Of a DNA stretch of 64,000 bases, positions 39,846-51,700 are shown piece after piece (the stretch's first letter is position 1; every line of letters starts with the position of its first letter). Both the position numbers and the translations under genes were made by a program. Origin of the DNA: Malacoraja senta (lineage: Eukaryota); the NCBI GenBank assembly GCA_038087875.1, contig CM075993.1, positions 62,001-126,000 on the forward strand, written 5' to 3'. Under the pieces are notes generated by a model, which was not told the origin of the DNA, ran no database searches, and saw only the letters and a list, made by a program, of their open reading frames with translations.

Positions 39846-42462
39846 CATCGTCAAAAAAGGAGGTTGAAGGACACATCAGAACCATCCACACTGATGTTAA
39901 AAGATGAACCGATTTTTGTCCCCGCTGACATCCCACCAATCTCACCCCCACAACATCAATTTGACACCAACCCTCCCAAGCTGAGTGAGGTAAAAGAAGT
40001 AGTGAGGAAGGCAAGAACGGCCTCTGCACCAGGCCCTAATGGTGTTCCGTATTGTGTTTACAAGAATGCCCCAGATATTCTGAAATTCCTCTGGAGGAAC
40101 ATGAGGGTTGCGTGGGAAAAGGAAGTCATCCCCAAAGCCTGGCAAAGAGCGGGGCGAGTCCTGATCCCCCAAAAAAAAAATTCTCCCACTATCGCACAGT
40201 TTCGGCAAATAAACCTTCTTAACATAGAGGGCAAGATCTTTTTCAGTGTGGTGGCAAAAAGATTTAAAGTATCTGAAACAAAACCATTTCACTGATACGT
40301 CAATCCAAAAGGCTGGCATAGCAGGCTTCTCGGGATGCCTTGAACATACCAGCATCATATGGCATCAAATCCAGACTGCCAAGAAAGAACGAAAGAATCT
40401 GCATGTCTTGTTCCTCGATCTGGCCAACACCTATGGATCAGTTCCTCATTCACTACTGTAGACTGCTTCTGAATTCTTTCAGATGCCTGCAATAATAACA
40501 AATCTGGTAAAAAACTACTTCCAGGATCTGCAATTTTGTCTCACAACATCAGACTTCACCACAGCGTGGCAAGCACAGGAAGTAGGCATCATGGCGGGGT
40601 GCACCATCTCCCCATTGACCTTCACTATGGCAATGGAGCTCATTATCAGAGCATCAAAATAGGTTGTGGGATGAAAACGGCTACAGTGTGGTCAGCGATT
40701 GCCACCGGAGCGAGCCTTTATGGACGATATAACAACACTAACAACAACTATCCCCTGCACCAAAAAACCTGGAAAAACGTCATCAAAACATCACATGGGC
40801 AAGGATGAAGATTAAACCCAGCAAGTACAGAAGCATCTCCATTGTCAAAGGTCAAGTCAAGGATCAAAGATTTCATATTGACGGAATACCTGTTCCAACT
40901 GTTTCAGAAATGCCAGTGAAGAGTTTGGGCCAATGGTATGATGCAAAGCTCAAGGACACCGAGCAGTTTGAACAACTGAAAAAGGATACCATCATGCACA
41001 TAGCTCGCATCAACAAGACCTTGCTACCAGGAAAACTCAAGCTGTGGTGCTTCCAATTTGGCATACTACCAAGAATCATGTGGCCTTTAACTATGTCTGA
41101 AATCCCCATCAACAAAGTGGAAAAGCTGGAAAGAATGCTCAGCACACATGTGAAACAGTGGCTTGGACTTCCACGATGCTTAAGTGGTGTCGGACTGGAC
41201 GGGAGTGGCAAATTGGAATTACCCATTGCAGGACTTGTGGAAGAGTTCAAATGCACTAAAGCAAGGTTGGTCATGACCCTCACTGAATCTGAAGATACTG
41301 TTATTCGAACAGCGGCCCCCAGTGTGGCAACGGGGAGGAAGTGGGCCCCATCTGAAGCTGTTCAGAGTGCTAAGTCTGCTCTTCATTTCTGGGATGTGGT
41401 TGGTCAAGACCAACACGGGAGAGCCGGGCTCGGGCTCGTCCCAAAATCTCCTCAATGGCACAAGGCAACATCAGTGCAGAAGAGACAGCTTGTGGTGGAG
41501 GAGGTGAGAAGACGGGAGGAGGCAGAGCGACACGCCAAGGCTGTCTCAATGGCCAAGCAGGGCCAATGGACTAACTGGAAGAGCCTGGAAAAGAGGAAAC
41601 TCAGCTGGCATGACATCTGGCAAATGGAAGGATCTTGGCTCAGTTTTGTCATCAGAGCCACTTATGTTCTACCCTCACCCCAGAACCTGAAGCAGTGGTT
41701 CGGAGAAGACCCCACTTCCTCCCTTTGCCAAGCACCTGCATCACTAAGGCACATTTTAACAGGATGCACTATGAGCCTCGGCCAAGGGCGTTACACTTGG
41801 CGGCATAACCAAGTTCTCAAACAGCAGTCATCAATCCTTGAACAGAGGCGAACGATCACAAATGCTTCCCCACCAACATCGGCAGGAAATGTCCACTTCA
41901 CAACATTTGTACCAGCAGGCCAACCTCCAGAGCACCAGATAACATCAATGGATGCAAGCATTCTGCAGCCTGCTTGGGATTGGAAAATGGAGGTGGACTT
42001 AGAAAAAAGGCTTGTGTTTCCCCCAGACATTGTGGCTACAACACTTCGGCCAGACATGGTCCTGTGGTCCACAACAGCCAAGTTGGCATACGTTGTGGAA
42101 TTGACAGTTCCATGGGAAGATGGTGTTGAAGAAGCTTATGAGAGGAAAAAGACTTAGTACTCTGAACTGGCAACTGAAGCTTCCCAGAATGGCTGGAAGA
42201 CCAAGATTTTCCCTGTCGAAGTAGGATGCAGGGGATTTGTTGCTACATCTAAGACCAGGCTATTAAAGAAAATTGGTGTGAAGGATCGCTCCCTCCAACA
42301 AGCAATCAAATCATTATCAAATTCTGCAGAAAAAATCAGCAATTGGATTTGGATCAAAAGGAGAGACAACAATTGGGCTGCAAGATGAAGACAGGAGGGT
42401 ACGGAATTGAGGGTGGTGTAACTGGGACGCCAGGTATCACCGTTGAGCCCTCTGGAGATGTT
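39846..42462 (+). mobile_element. HERO-like RLE non-LTR retrotransposon, copy 2, with ORF end and part of 3' UTR
   Basis: ORF 40805-42157, in-frame TAG, then YSELATEA...PVEVGCRGF...SNWIWIKRRD to stop near 42388. Confidence 0.88.
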
Positions 42463-43178
42463 AGAAACATAGAAACATAAACAATAGGTGCAGGAGTAGG
42501 CCATTCGGCCCTTCGAGCCTGCACCGCCATTCAATATGATCATGGCTGATCATCCAACTCAGTATCCTGTACCTGCCTTCTCTCCACAAATACCTTCTGT
42601 GGCAGAGAATTCCAGAGATTCACCACTCTCTGTGTGAAAAATGTTTTTCTCATCTCAGTCCTAAAAGATTTCCCCCTTATCCTTAAACTGTGACTCCTTG
42701 TTCTGGACTTCCCCAACATCGGGAACAATCTTCCTGCTAAGATCCCCCCCTCAATCTTCTAAATTATAGCGAGTACAAGCCAAGTCTATCCAGTCTTTCT
42801 TCATATGAAAGTCCTGACATCCCAAGAATCTGTCTGGTGAACCTTCTCTGTACTCCCTCTATGGCAAGAATGTCTTTCCTCAGATTAGGAGACCAAAACT
42901 GTACGCAATACTCCAGGTGTGGTCTCACCAAGACCCTGTACAACTGCAGTAGAACCTCCCTGCTCCTATACTCAAATCCTTTTGCTATGAATGCTAACAT
43001 ACCATTCGATTTCTTCACTGCCTGCTGCACCTGCATGCCCACTTTCAATGACTGGTGTACCATGACACCCAGGTCTCATTGCATCTCCCCTTTTCCTAAT
43101 CGGCCACCATTCAGATAATAGTCTACTTTCCTGTTTTTGCCACCAAAGTTTATAACCTCACATTTATCCACATTATAC
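42463..43178 (-). mobile_element. CR1 3' fragment
   Basis: ORFs 42764-43063 (VRPHLEYCVQFWSP) and 42540-42728; tail. Confidence 0.9.
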
Positions 43179-44145
43179 AATTCAAAGCATATTATTTTGT
43201 GTTAGATTGTAGTTTAAATAATTTTCATTCACAACCGCATTAGGCCATTAAACTAATTATCTTCCTTGAGTGATGTGATGCAAGAATAGTCCATGATTTG
43301 CCCTAAAAGATAATACATTTTCATAAAGTTTACAGTAAAGTCTGGAATAACCCAACTGCACCTTTTTATGGTCTGCTAAAAAGCTTTTAACATGTACTTC
43401 CTAATTCTTTTCCAGAGAACCCTACTCACTTTCACACATCTGCAGCCTGCTGTAACAGCCTTAATTTCATTGGCTTCTGAATATGGAGACAGCTGTCTCC
43501 GTGAAACAGAAACAGCTGTGGATGGAGAGAGGCTCAGAGACATGGGTCTGTAGTAGTTTACCCTTTGATGTAGACTCTTATCTGTATGTTAATGGTGTTT
43601 TTTCCCTGCTTGAGCTGGTTTTCGTTTTATTTGCTTACTCCCACATTTTGTAGTGGGTGATATTTAAACACCTTTTTAAGAATCCATTTGATTCTCACTG
43701 TTTGTTCATTTTAATATAATTCCATAGTATCATGACTTTAATGTACTATTTCCTTCATCATGAAACACCAAATAGAGAATGCGATCTACTCACATCCTAC
43801 ATCTCACAATCATTTGCTGTGCCTTTTAAATGTAAAATAATTTTACCTCAGAAAATAAGACAAACCGCACTGTGAATGTGAAAGTCTTTATTCATCTTGT
43901 TCAATAAATAAAGGCCATTTTTACACATCTTGATAAATGGAGCACCACAGCAAACAACGGAGGTTTGCAATAGGGCTTACCGTACTTCAATTAGCAAATG
44001 AAACACGAAGAAGTTTTTCCAGTATTTCTTATCATTCAGCTGACAAATGAAGCACCAGCCTACATTCTGATAATAAAACAGACAATGCAATGAATTCAAG
44101 GGCTATGTTTGCAGATCGACCTCTCTCGGCTCTTTTGCACTCTTA
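43177..44145 (+). pseudogene. Third, more diverged partial copy of the multi-exon/Harbinger region, lacking the L1; intact terminal exon 43416-43553
   Basis: Aligns to 22627-22667 + 24501-25410 + 25683-25705; ttccag|AGA opens RTLLTFTHLQPAVTALISLASEYGDSCLRETETAVDGERLRDMGL-stop. Confidence 0.7.
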
Positions 44146-44299
44146 AGGGCCTGTCCCACTCAAACAAGTTAATAAGACGACCAGCCATGTACAAAGCCAT
44201 GCTAGCTATCCCTAATTAGCCCATTTTCTTCCAAATGGGAGTAAATCCTATCTTGAAGAATCTTCTTCAATACCTTCCATACCACTGATGTGATGCTCA

Positions 44300-44816
44300 C
44301 GAGTCAGGATGAAGAGTACAAATTACAGCAGGAGATACAATCAGCATGTAAGAAAGGCCATGTTACAGGGAATTTCAATATGCAGGTAGACTGGGAAAAT
44401 CAGGCTGGTACTGGATCCCAAGAGAAGGAATTTGTAGTGTGCCTACGAGATGGCTTCTTAGAGCGGCTTGTGGTTGAGCCTACCAGGGAAAAGGCAATTC
44501 TGGATTCGGTGTTGTGCAAGAACTGGATTCGATTATGGAGCTTAAGGTGAAGGAACCCCTCGGAATTTGTGACATAATATGATAAAATTCAACCTGCAGT
44601 TTGAGAAGATGATGAAATCAGATGTGACGGCATTACTGTAGAGTCAAGATAACTACAGAGGCATAGTAAGGAGGTGGCTATTGTTGAGTACAAGGCAATC
44701 CAAGCAAGGAACAGCAATGGCAGAAGTTTCTGAGAATAATTTGGAAGTTGCAGGATCTTTTCATCCCAAAGAGGAAGAAAGATTCTGAGGGAAGAATGAG
44801 GCGACTGTGGCTGACT
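44300..44816 (+). mobile_element. CR1 endonuclease-region fragment
   Basis: GNFNMQVDWENQ...EPTREKAILD. Confidence 0.85.
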
Positions 44817-45180
44817 AAAGGGGCTGTCCCACTTGGGCCACCAATTCCGCGATGGCAGTAAAAATACAACTCCTGCTGTTTGCAGCAGGACCTTTGCTTC
44901 TGCAGCCTAAAGGCTGATGGGCAAGAACAAGGGTGAAGAGGAAGCACAAGAAGAGGTCTCAGTGGATGAAGCCCCTCTTGCAAAGAAGATTCAGGCTTGG
45001 ACAGCATGAGAGCCTGATAAATGTGCTGCATGAGGAGGATTTGTCTGCTTTTAAAAACATTACAAGAATACCCCCTGACCTGTTTAATGACAAACATGGG
45101 CCCTCTGCTGAAACAAAAGACACCTATATGAGAAAGCCACAGGAACCAGGCCTGCACCTAGCCATCACCCTCCGCTGTGG
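44817..45180 (+). mobile_element. Harbinger element left end with TIR and degraded transposase N-terminus
   Basis: TAA|AGGGGCTGTCCCACTTG; peptide WMKPLLQRRFRLGQHESLINVLHEEDLSAFKNITRI...KDTYMRKPQEPGLHLAITLR; similar TIR TTA|AGGGCCTGTCCCACT near 44146. Confidence 0.75.
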
Positions 45181-45287
45181 GCCAAATGGATTCTTGGGCT
45201 GACAGCTCAGTCACTCAAGCCTGATGTGCTGGCAGCTCACTCACGGCTGGTGGGCGAGCAGTTGACTCACGGCTATTCCTTCAAATT

Positions 45288-45520
45288 CCATTTCACGCAG
45301 GGTGCAAGGCCACCGAATTCAAATGCAGTTTCATGCCATTTCAAGCAGGGTGCAAGGCCACCAAATTCAAGTGCAGTTTCATGCCATTTCAAGCAGGGTG
45401 CAAGGCCACCAAATTCAAATGCAGTTTCATGCCATTTCAAGCAGGGTGCAAGGCCACCGAATTCAAGTGCAGTTTCATGCCATTTCAAGCAGGGTGCAAG
45501 GCCACCGAATTCAAGTTCAG
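45288..45520. repeat. 48-bp tandem repeat, about 4.7 copies
   Basis: CAAGCAGGGTGCAAGGCCACC(A/G)AATTCAA(A/G)TGCAGTTTCATGCCATTT. Confidence 0.93.
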
Positions 45521-45569
45521 TTACCTACCACTTCATTTCAAAGCAGTTACCACCACCAACAACCGTTTG

Positions 45570-48500
45570 CAGTGGGGCAATTCTGGATTTAGTGTTATGT
45601 AATGAACCGGATTTGATAAAGGACCTGAGGTTAATGATCCATTAGGAGGCAGTGACCATAACATGGTCAGGTTTAATCTACAATTGGAGAGGGAGAAGAG
45701 TAGATCGGAGGTGTCAGTGTTGCAGTTGAATAAAGGGGACTATGGGGCCATGAGGGAGGAGCTGGCCAAAGTTGACTGGAAAGATACACTAGCAGGGATG
45801 ACAGTGGAACAACAATGGCAGGTGTTTCTAGGAATAATACAGAAGGTGCAGGATCAGTTCATTCCTAGGAGGATGAAAGATTCCAAGGGGAGAAAGGGAC
45901 GACCATGGCTGACAAGGGACGTCAGGGATAGTATAAAAATTAAAGCAAAGAAGTACAACGTAGCAAAGATGAGTGGGAAGCAAGAGGATTGGGTAATGTT
46001 TAAAGAACAACAGAAGATAACTAAAAATCCTTGATGACTGTTTGAATAAATACCCTAATACAGAAAAATTAATCTCATATATATAACACTTTATTAGATA
46101 GTGAGATACCATCGACGGATTTATATAGGCAAACATGGGAAAATGAACTAAACCAAACAATAACGAAAGATAATTGGGATGAAAGTTTACAACATATACA
46201 TCAATGTTCATTAAATGCCAGACACTCTCTAATACAATTCAAAGTACTACATAGATTACATTATTCTAAAACAAAACTAAACAGAATCTTCCCACATATC
46301 TCCCCTATTTGTGATACATGTCAACATTTAGATGCTAACCTAACTCATACATTCGCGAATTGTATAAAAATCAAAAAATTTGGGGCAGACATTTTTAAAA
46401 TAATATCTATAGTTGTCAATACTCAATTGGATCCTGATTCAAAATTAATACTACTAGGAATATTAGAACAAAGTCAAACACTTACAACAACTCAAAGAAA
46501 CTTTATCGATTATAGTATAATAACTGGAAAAAAATTAATATTAAAATGTTGGAAAGGTCCTATAACCCCCACAATTAAAATGTGGATTATGGAAATGTCG
46601 GAGACCTTACATTTGGAAAGAATTAGACTTGTCCTAATGGACAAACAAGAACTATTTATCAGAACATGGTCTCCATTTATTGACTACTTGAGGGGACAGA
46701 CTGGTTCAACACGAGAACCTGACTGAAAGGATTAGATGAAAAGTTATATTTAAAAATGTACGAATATATCTCCAATGTTGTACTTTTAGTAAGTTATTCC
46801 ATTCTTCTTTATTATCCCTTTTTTTCTTTTTCTGCTATTCTCTTATTTTCTATCTATATTTTTAAAAAAATATTAGAGGCAGTGCGAATATCGATCGATA
46901 ATATTAGTAATGTAGGAATGATATACATGAAATGTTTTCAATATGATCTGTACCTGCCTCTAATAAAAATATTATTAAAAAAAAAGAAGATAACTAAAAA
47001 GACAATACAGGGAGAAAAGATGAGGTACGAAGGTAAGCTAGCCAAGAATATAAAGCAGGATAGTAAAAGCTTCTTTAGGTATGTGAAGAGGAAAAAATTA
47101 GTTAAGACCAAAGTTGGACCCTTGAAGACTGAAAAAGGTGAATTTATTATGGGGAACAAGGAAATGGCAGATGAGTTGAACAGGTACTTTGGATCTGTCT
47201 TCACTAAGGAGGACACAAACAATCTTCCTGATATAGTAGTGGCCAGATGATCTAAGGTGACAGAGGAACTGAAGGAAATCCACATTAGGCAGGATAGACT
47301 GATGGGACTGAAGGCTGATAAATCCCCAGGGCCTGATGGTCTGCATTCCAGGGTACTTAAGAAAGTGGCTCTAGAAATCGTGGATGCATTGGTGATAATT
47401 TTCCAATGTTCTATAGATTCAGGATCAGTTCATGTGGATTGGAGGATAGCTAATGTTATCCCGCTTTTTAAGAAAGGCGGGAGAGAGAAAACAGGGAATT
47501 ATAGACCAGTTAGCCTGACATCCGTGGTGGGGAAGATGCTGGAGTCAATTATAAAAGATGAGATAGCCAAACATTTGGATAGCAGTAACAGGATCGGTCC
47601 GAGTCAGCATGGATTTACGAAGGGGAAATCATGCTTGACTAATCTTCTGGAATTTTTTGAAGATGTAACTAGGAAAATGGACAAGGGAGATGTAGTGTAC
47701 CTGGACTTTCAGAAAGCATTTGATAAGGTCCCACATAGGAGATTAGTGGGCAAAATTAGGGCACATGGTATTGGGGGTAGAGTGCTGACATGGATAGAGA
47801 ATTGGTTGGCAGACATGAAACAAAGAGTAGAGATTAACGGGTCCCTTTCAGAATGGCAGGCAGTGACTAGAGGGGTACCGCAAGGCTCGGTGCTGGGACC
47901 GCAGCTATTTACAATATACATCAATGATTTGGATGAAGGGATTCAAAGTAACATTAGCAAATTTGCAGATGACACAAAGCTGGGTGGCAGTGTGATCTGT
48001 GAGGAGGATGTTATGAGAATGCAGGGTGACTTGGACAGGTTGGGGGAGTAGGCAGATGCATGGCAGATGATGTTTAATGAGGATAAATGTGAGGTTATCC
48101 ACTTTGGTAGCAAAAACAGGAAGGCAGATTATTATCTAAATGGTGTCAAGTTGGGAAAAGGGGAAGTACAACGGGATCTGGGGGTCCTTGTACATCAGTC
48201 TATGAAAGTAAGCATGCAGGTACAGCAGGCAGTGAAGAAAGCGAATGGCATGTTGGCCTTTATAACAAGAGGAATCGAATATAGGAGCAAAGAGGTCATT
48301 CTGCAGTTGTACAGAGCCATAGTGAGACCACATCTGGAGTATTGTGTGCCGTTTTGGCCCCCTAATGTGAGAAAGGACATTCTTGCTATTGAGGGAGCCC
48401 AGCGTAGGTTTACAAGTTTAATTCCCGGGATGGCGGGACTGTCATATGCCGAGAGAATGGAGTGGCTGGGCTTGTACACTCTGGAGTTTAGAAGGATGAG

Positions 48501-48890
48501 AGGGTATCTCATTGAAACATATAAGATTGTTAAGGGTTTGGACACGCTAGAGGCAGGAAACATGTTCCCGATGTCGGGGGAGTCCAGAACCAGGGGCCAT
48601 AGTTTAAGAATAAGGGGTAAGCCATTTAGATCGGTGACGAGGAAACACTTTTTCTCACAGAGAGTGGTGAATCTGTGGAATTCTCTGCCTCAGAGGGCGG
48701 TGGAGGCAGGTTCTCTAGATGCTTTCAAGAGAGAGCTAGATAGGGCTCTTAAAGATAGCGGAGTCAGGGGATATGGGGAGAAGGCAGGAAAGGGGTCCTG
48801 ATTGGGGATGATCAGCCATGACCACATTGAATGGCGGTGCTGGCTCGAAGAGCCGAATGGCCTACTCTGGCGTCTATTGTCTATTGTCTA
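45570..48890 (+). mobile_element. CR1 LINE ORF2 (end of APE, RT, 3' UTR), interrupted by L1
   Basis: ORFs 47257-48051 ([21 protein letters not shown]) and 48067-48801; (CTATTGT)n tail. Confidence 0.95.
46028..46984 (+). mobile_element. 5'-truncated L1 with 16-bp TSD AGAAGATAACTAAAAA
   Basis: TSD at 46012-46027 and 46985-47000; L1 C-terminal peptide (KKLILKCWK...TWSPF); AATAAA and poly(A). Confidence 0.93.
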
Positions 48891-49482
48891 TCACAGGTAA
48901 CAGACTACTGACCGACATTTACTACAAACCCACTGACGCCCATGGTTATCTGGACTACACTGGCCACATCTGCGCCAAGGATGAAATGTTACAAACCAGG
49001 GCATCGGAGATGTCCTCATTCTTTAGGGAATGGGGGTTCCCCTCTTCTACTATAGATGAGGCTCTTATCAGGGTCTCCTCTATATCCCACAGCTCTGCTC
49101 TTACTCCCCATCCCGCTACTCGTAACAAGGACAGAGTCCCCCATGTCCTCACTTTCCACCCTACCAGCTGTCACATACAACAGATAATCCTCCGACATTT
49201 TCGCTACCTCCAACGGGATCCCACCACTGGCCTCATCTTCCCATTCTCCAATTTCAGTGGTTGCTCCCTCCTTCCCCTTTCCAGCTCTCCCACAGCCTTC
49301 TGTCTCTGCCTTTTCCTTCGTTGAATCCTGCACCCCCCCCCCCCCCCTCAACTTCAGTCTGAGGAAGGGTCTCGACTTGAAACGTCACCTATTCCTTCTC
49401 TCCATAGATGCTGCCTCACCCGCTGAGTTACTCCAGCATTTTTGTCCACCTTCGATTTTTCCAGCATCTGCAATTCTTTCTT
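48890..49482 (+). mobile_element. Internally deleted Penelope 3' fragment with terminal repeat region
   Basis: LTDIYYKPTDAHGYLDY, RASEMSSFFREWGFP, RVPHVLTFHP; hammerhead core at 49359. Confidence 0.85.
49352..49395 (+). ncRNA. Minimal hammerhead ribozyme motif (Penelope-associated)
   Basis: CUGAGGA-A-GGGU-CUCG-ACUU-GAAA-C-GUC: conserved core, stem II with two G-U pairs, palindromic ACGU stem III. Confidence 0.6.
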
Positions 49483-49485
49483 AAT

Positions 49486-49627
49486 CCACACGGTGGGAGT
49501 GTTGACCACAAATTGGACGGGCCTGCAGTGTAGCAGATCGCCACACGGTGGGAGTGTTGACCACAAATTGGACGGGCCTGCAGTGCAGCGGATCACCACA
49601 CGGTGGGAGTGTTGACCACAAATTGGA
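49486..49627. repeat. 55-bp tandem repeat, about 2.6 copies
   Basis: CCACACGGTGGGAGTGTTGACCACAAATTGGACGGGCCTGCAGTG... at 49486, 49541, 49596. Confidence 0.93.
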
Positions 49628-49849
49628 GCGACCTGTTATGTGAATTCACTGCACATTGGGAGCGCTGTCTACAAATTAGATATTGTGCTCTTTACTGCAG
49701 AATGGTTCTTTATTGCTCTGTGACCCTTTACCTTACCCCGTAATGCACCCATTGCCCAGATGCCAAACTTAGTAAAAACCCTGAAACCAGGGAAGATTTG
49801 GGATGAAAATCAAGGAACTGCAGGTGCTGGGGGGTTTTTTTAAGGCACA

Positions 49850-49970
49850 AAATGCTGGAGTAACTCAGCGGGTCAGGCAGCATCTGTGGAGAACGTGGAT
49901 AGGTGACGTTTCACAGAGTGCTGGAGTAACTCAGCGGGTCAGGCAGCATCTGTGGAGAACATGGACAGGT
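49850..49970 (-). repeat. 66-bp Penelope-terminus-derived repeat, about 2 units
   Basis: Reverse complement of the 66-bp unit. Confidence 0.85.
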
Positions 49971-50227
49971 AGGATTTTGGGTTGGGACCTTCAGACTGAT
50001 TTCTTGGTGTGGTTCCATTTACTTCATGAAGGCAGTGGCAAGAATTAATTTGTTTCCTGGATAGCTGTCCAGTTGTGTTTTAATTGGGGCCCTTTATGAA
50101 GACTGGTTTTCAGTTGATGACTAATTGTTGTGATTAAGAAGACAGTGAGGAATTTATAGTGGATCTAAATTGTACTTGGTTGAGGAAAGTTAATGTGAAC
50201 TAGTTGTTAACCACTTGTGTGAAATGG

Positions 50228-51175
50228 TTCAAGTTCAAGAGAATTTATTGTCATGTGTCCCAGAAAGGACAATGACATTCTTGCTTTGCTTCAGCACAAC
50301 AGAACATAGTAGGCATTGACAACAAAACAGATCAGTGTGTCCATATACCATTATATAAATATATACACACATGAATAAATAAACTGATAAAGTGCAAATA
50401 ACAGATAATGGGCTATTAATGTTCAAAGTTTTGTCCGAGCCAAGTTTAATAGCCTGATGGCTGTGGGGAAGTAGCTATTCCTGAACCTGGTCGTTGCAGT
50501 CTTCAGGCTCCTGTACCTTCTACCTGAAGGTAGTGGGGAGATGAGTGTGTGGCCAGGATGGTGTGGGTCCTTGATGATGCTGCCAGCCTTTTTGAGGCAG
50601 CGACTGCGATAGATCCCCTCGATGGTAGGGAGGTCAGAGCCAATGATGGACTGGACAGTGTTTACAACTTTTTGTAGTCTTTTCCTCTCCAGGGTGCTCA
50701 AGTTGCCGAACCAAGCCACAATGCAACCGGTCAGCATGCTCTCTACTGTGCACCTGTAGAAGTTAGAGAGAGTCCTCCTTGACAAACCGACTCTCCGTAA
50801 TCTTCTCAGGAAGTAGAGGCACTGATGTGCTTTCTTAATAGTAGCATCAGTGTTCTCGGACCAGGAAAGATCTTCAGAGATGTGCACGCCCAGGAATTTA
50901 AAGCTCTTGACCCTTTCAACCATCGACCCATTGATATAAATGGGACTGTGGGTCCCCATCCTACTCCTTCCAAAGTCCACAATCAGTTCCTTGGTTTTGC
51001 TGGTGTTGAGGGCCAGGTTATTGTGCTGGCTCCATATGGACAGTTGCTCGATCTCTCTTCTATACTCTGACTCATCCCCATCAGTGATACGTCCCACAGT
51101 GGTGTTGTCAGTGAACTTGATGATGGAGTTCGCACTGTGACCGGCTACGCACTTATGAGGATAGAGTGAGTACAT
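50228..51175 (-). mobile_element. Rex1/Babar-clade LINE 3' portion
   Basis: ORF 50423-51175: IIKFTDNTTVG, LNTSKTKELIVDF, FKFLGVHI, KKAHQCLYFLRRL, FYRCTVESML, TRFRNSYFPTAIRLLN; short repeat tail. Confidence 0.85.
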
Positions 51176-51341
51176 TCCTAACTTTCCTAATCAAAGCTTG
51201 TTTATTATGAGTTCTTATGAAGGACTTTCAGGTGAAAGGAATCTGTGTGATGTGTGGAGTGGTCATTCATTGAGCTTTGGACTGGACAGACAGTTGTAGA
51301 GATTTGTAAAGATATTTGGATGCTCTTGCTCAAAAGATAAA

Positions 51342-51700
51342 ATGCTGGAGTAACTCAGCGGGTCAGGCAGCATCTGTGGAGAACATGGATATGTGACGTT
51401 TCACAGAGTGCTGGAGTAACTCAGCGGATCAGGCAGCATCTGTGGAGAACATGGATAGGTGACGTTTCACAAAGTGCTGGAGTAACTCAGCGGGTCAGGC
51501 AGTATCTGTGGAGAACATGGATAGGTGACATTTCACAGAGTGCTGGAGTAACTCAGCGGGTCAGGCAGCATCTGTGGAGAACATGGATAGGTGACGTTTC
51601 ACAGAGTGCTGGAGTAACTCAGCGGGTCAGGCAGCATCTGTGGAGAACATGGATAGGTGACGTTTCACAGAGTGCTGGAGTAACTCAGCGGGTCAGGCAG
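51342..51700 (-). repeat. 66-bp tandem array, about 5.5 units
   Basis: GTGCTGGAGTAACTCAGCGGGTCAGGCAGCATCTGTGGAGAACATGGATAGGTGACGTTTCACAGA repeated. Confidence 0.95.

Larger units (their letters stand above)
28528..42311 (+). repeat. Segmental tandem duplication, copy 2
   Basis: As above; junction at 28,524-28,528 fuses a truncated HERO-like element to a CR1 3' end. Confidence 0.97.

Noticed and set aside
51342..51700. CRISPR-like appearance of regular arrays (also 45288, 49486, 60050, 62626)
   Set aside because: Units are contiguous with no unique spacers, there are no cas genes, and the context is eukaryotic
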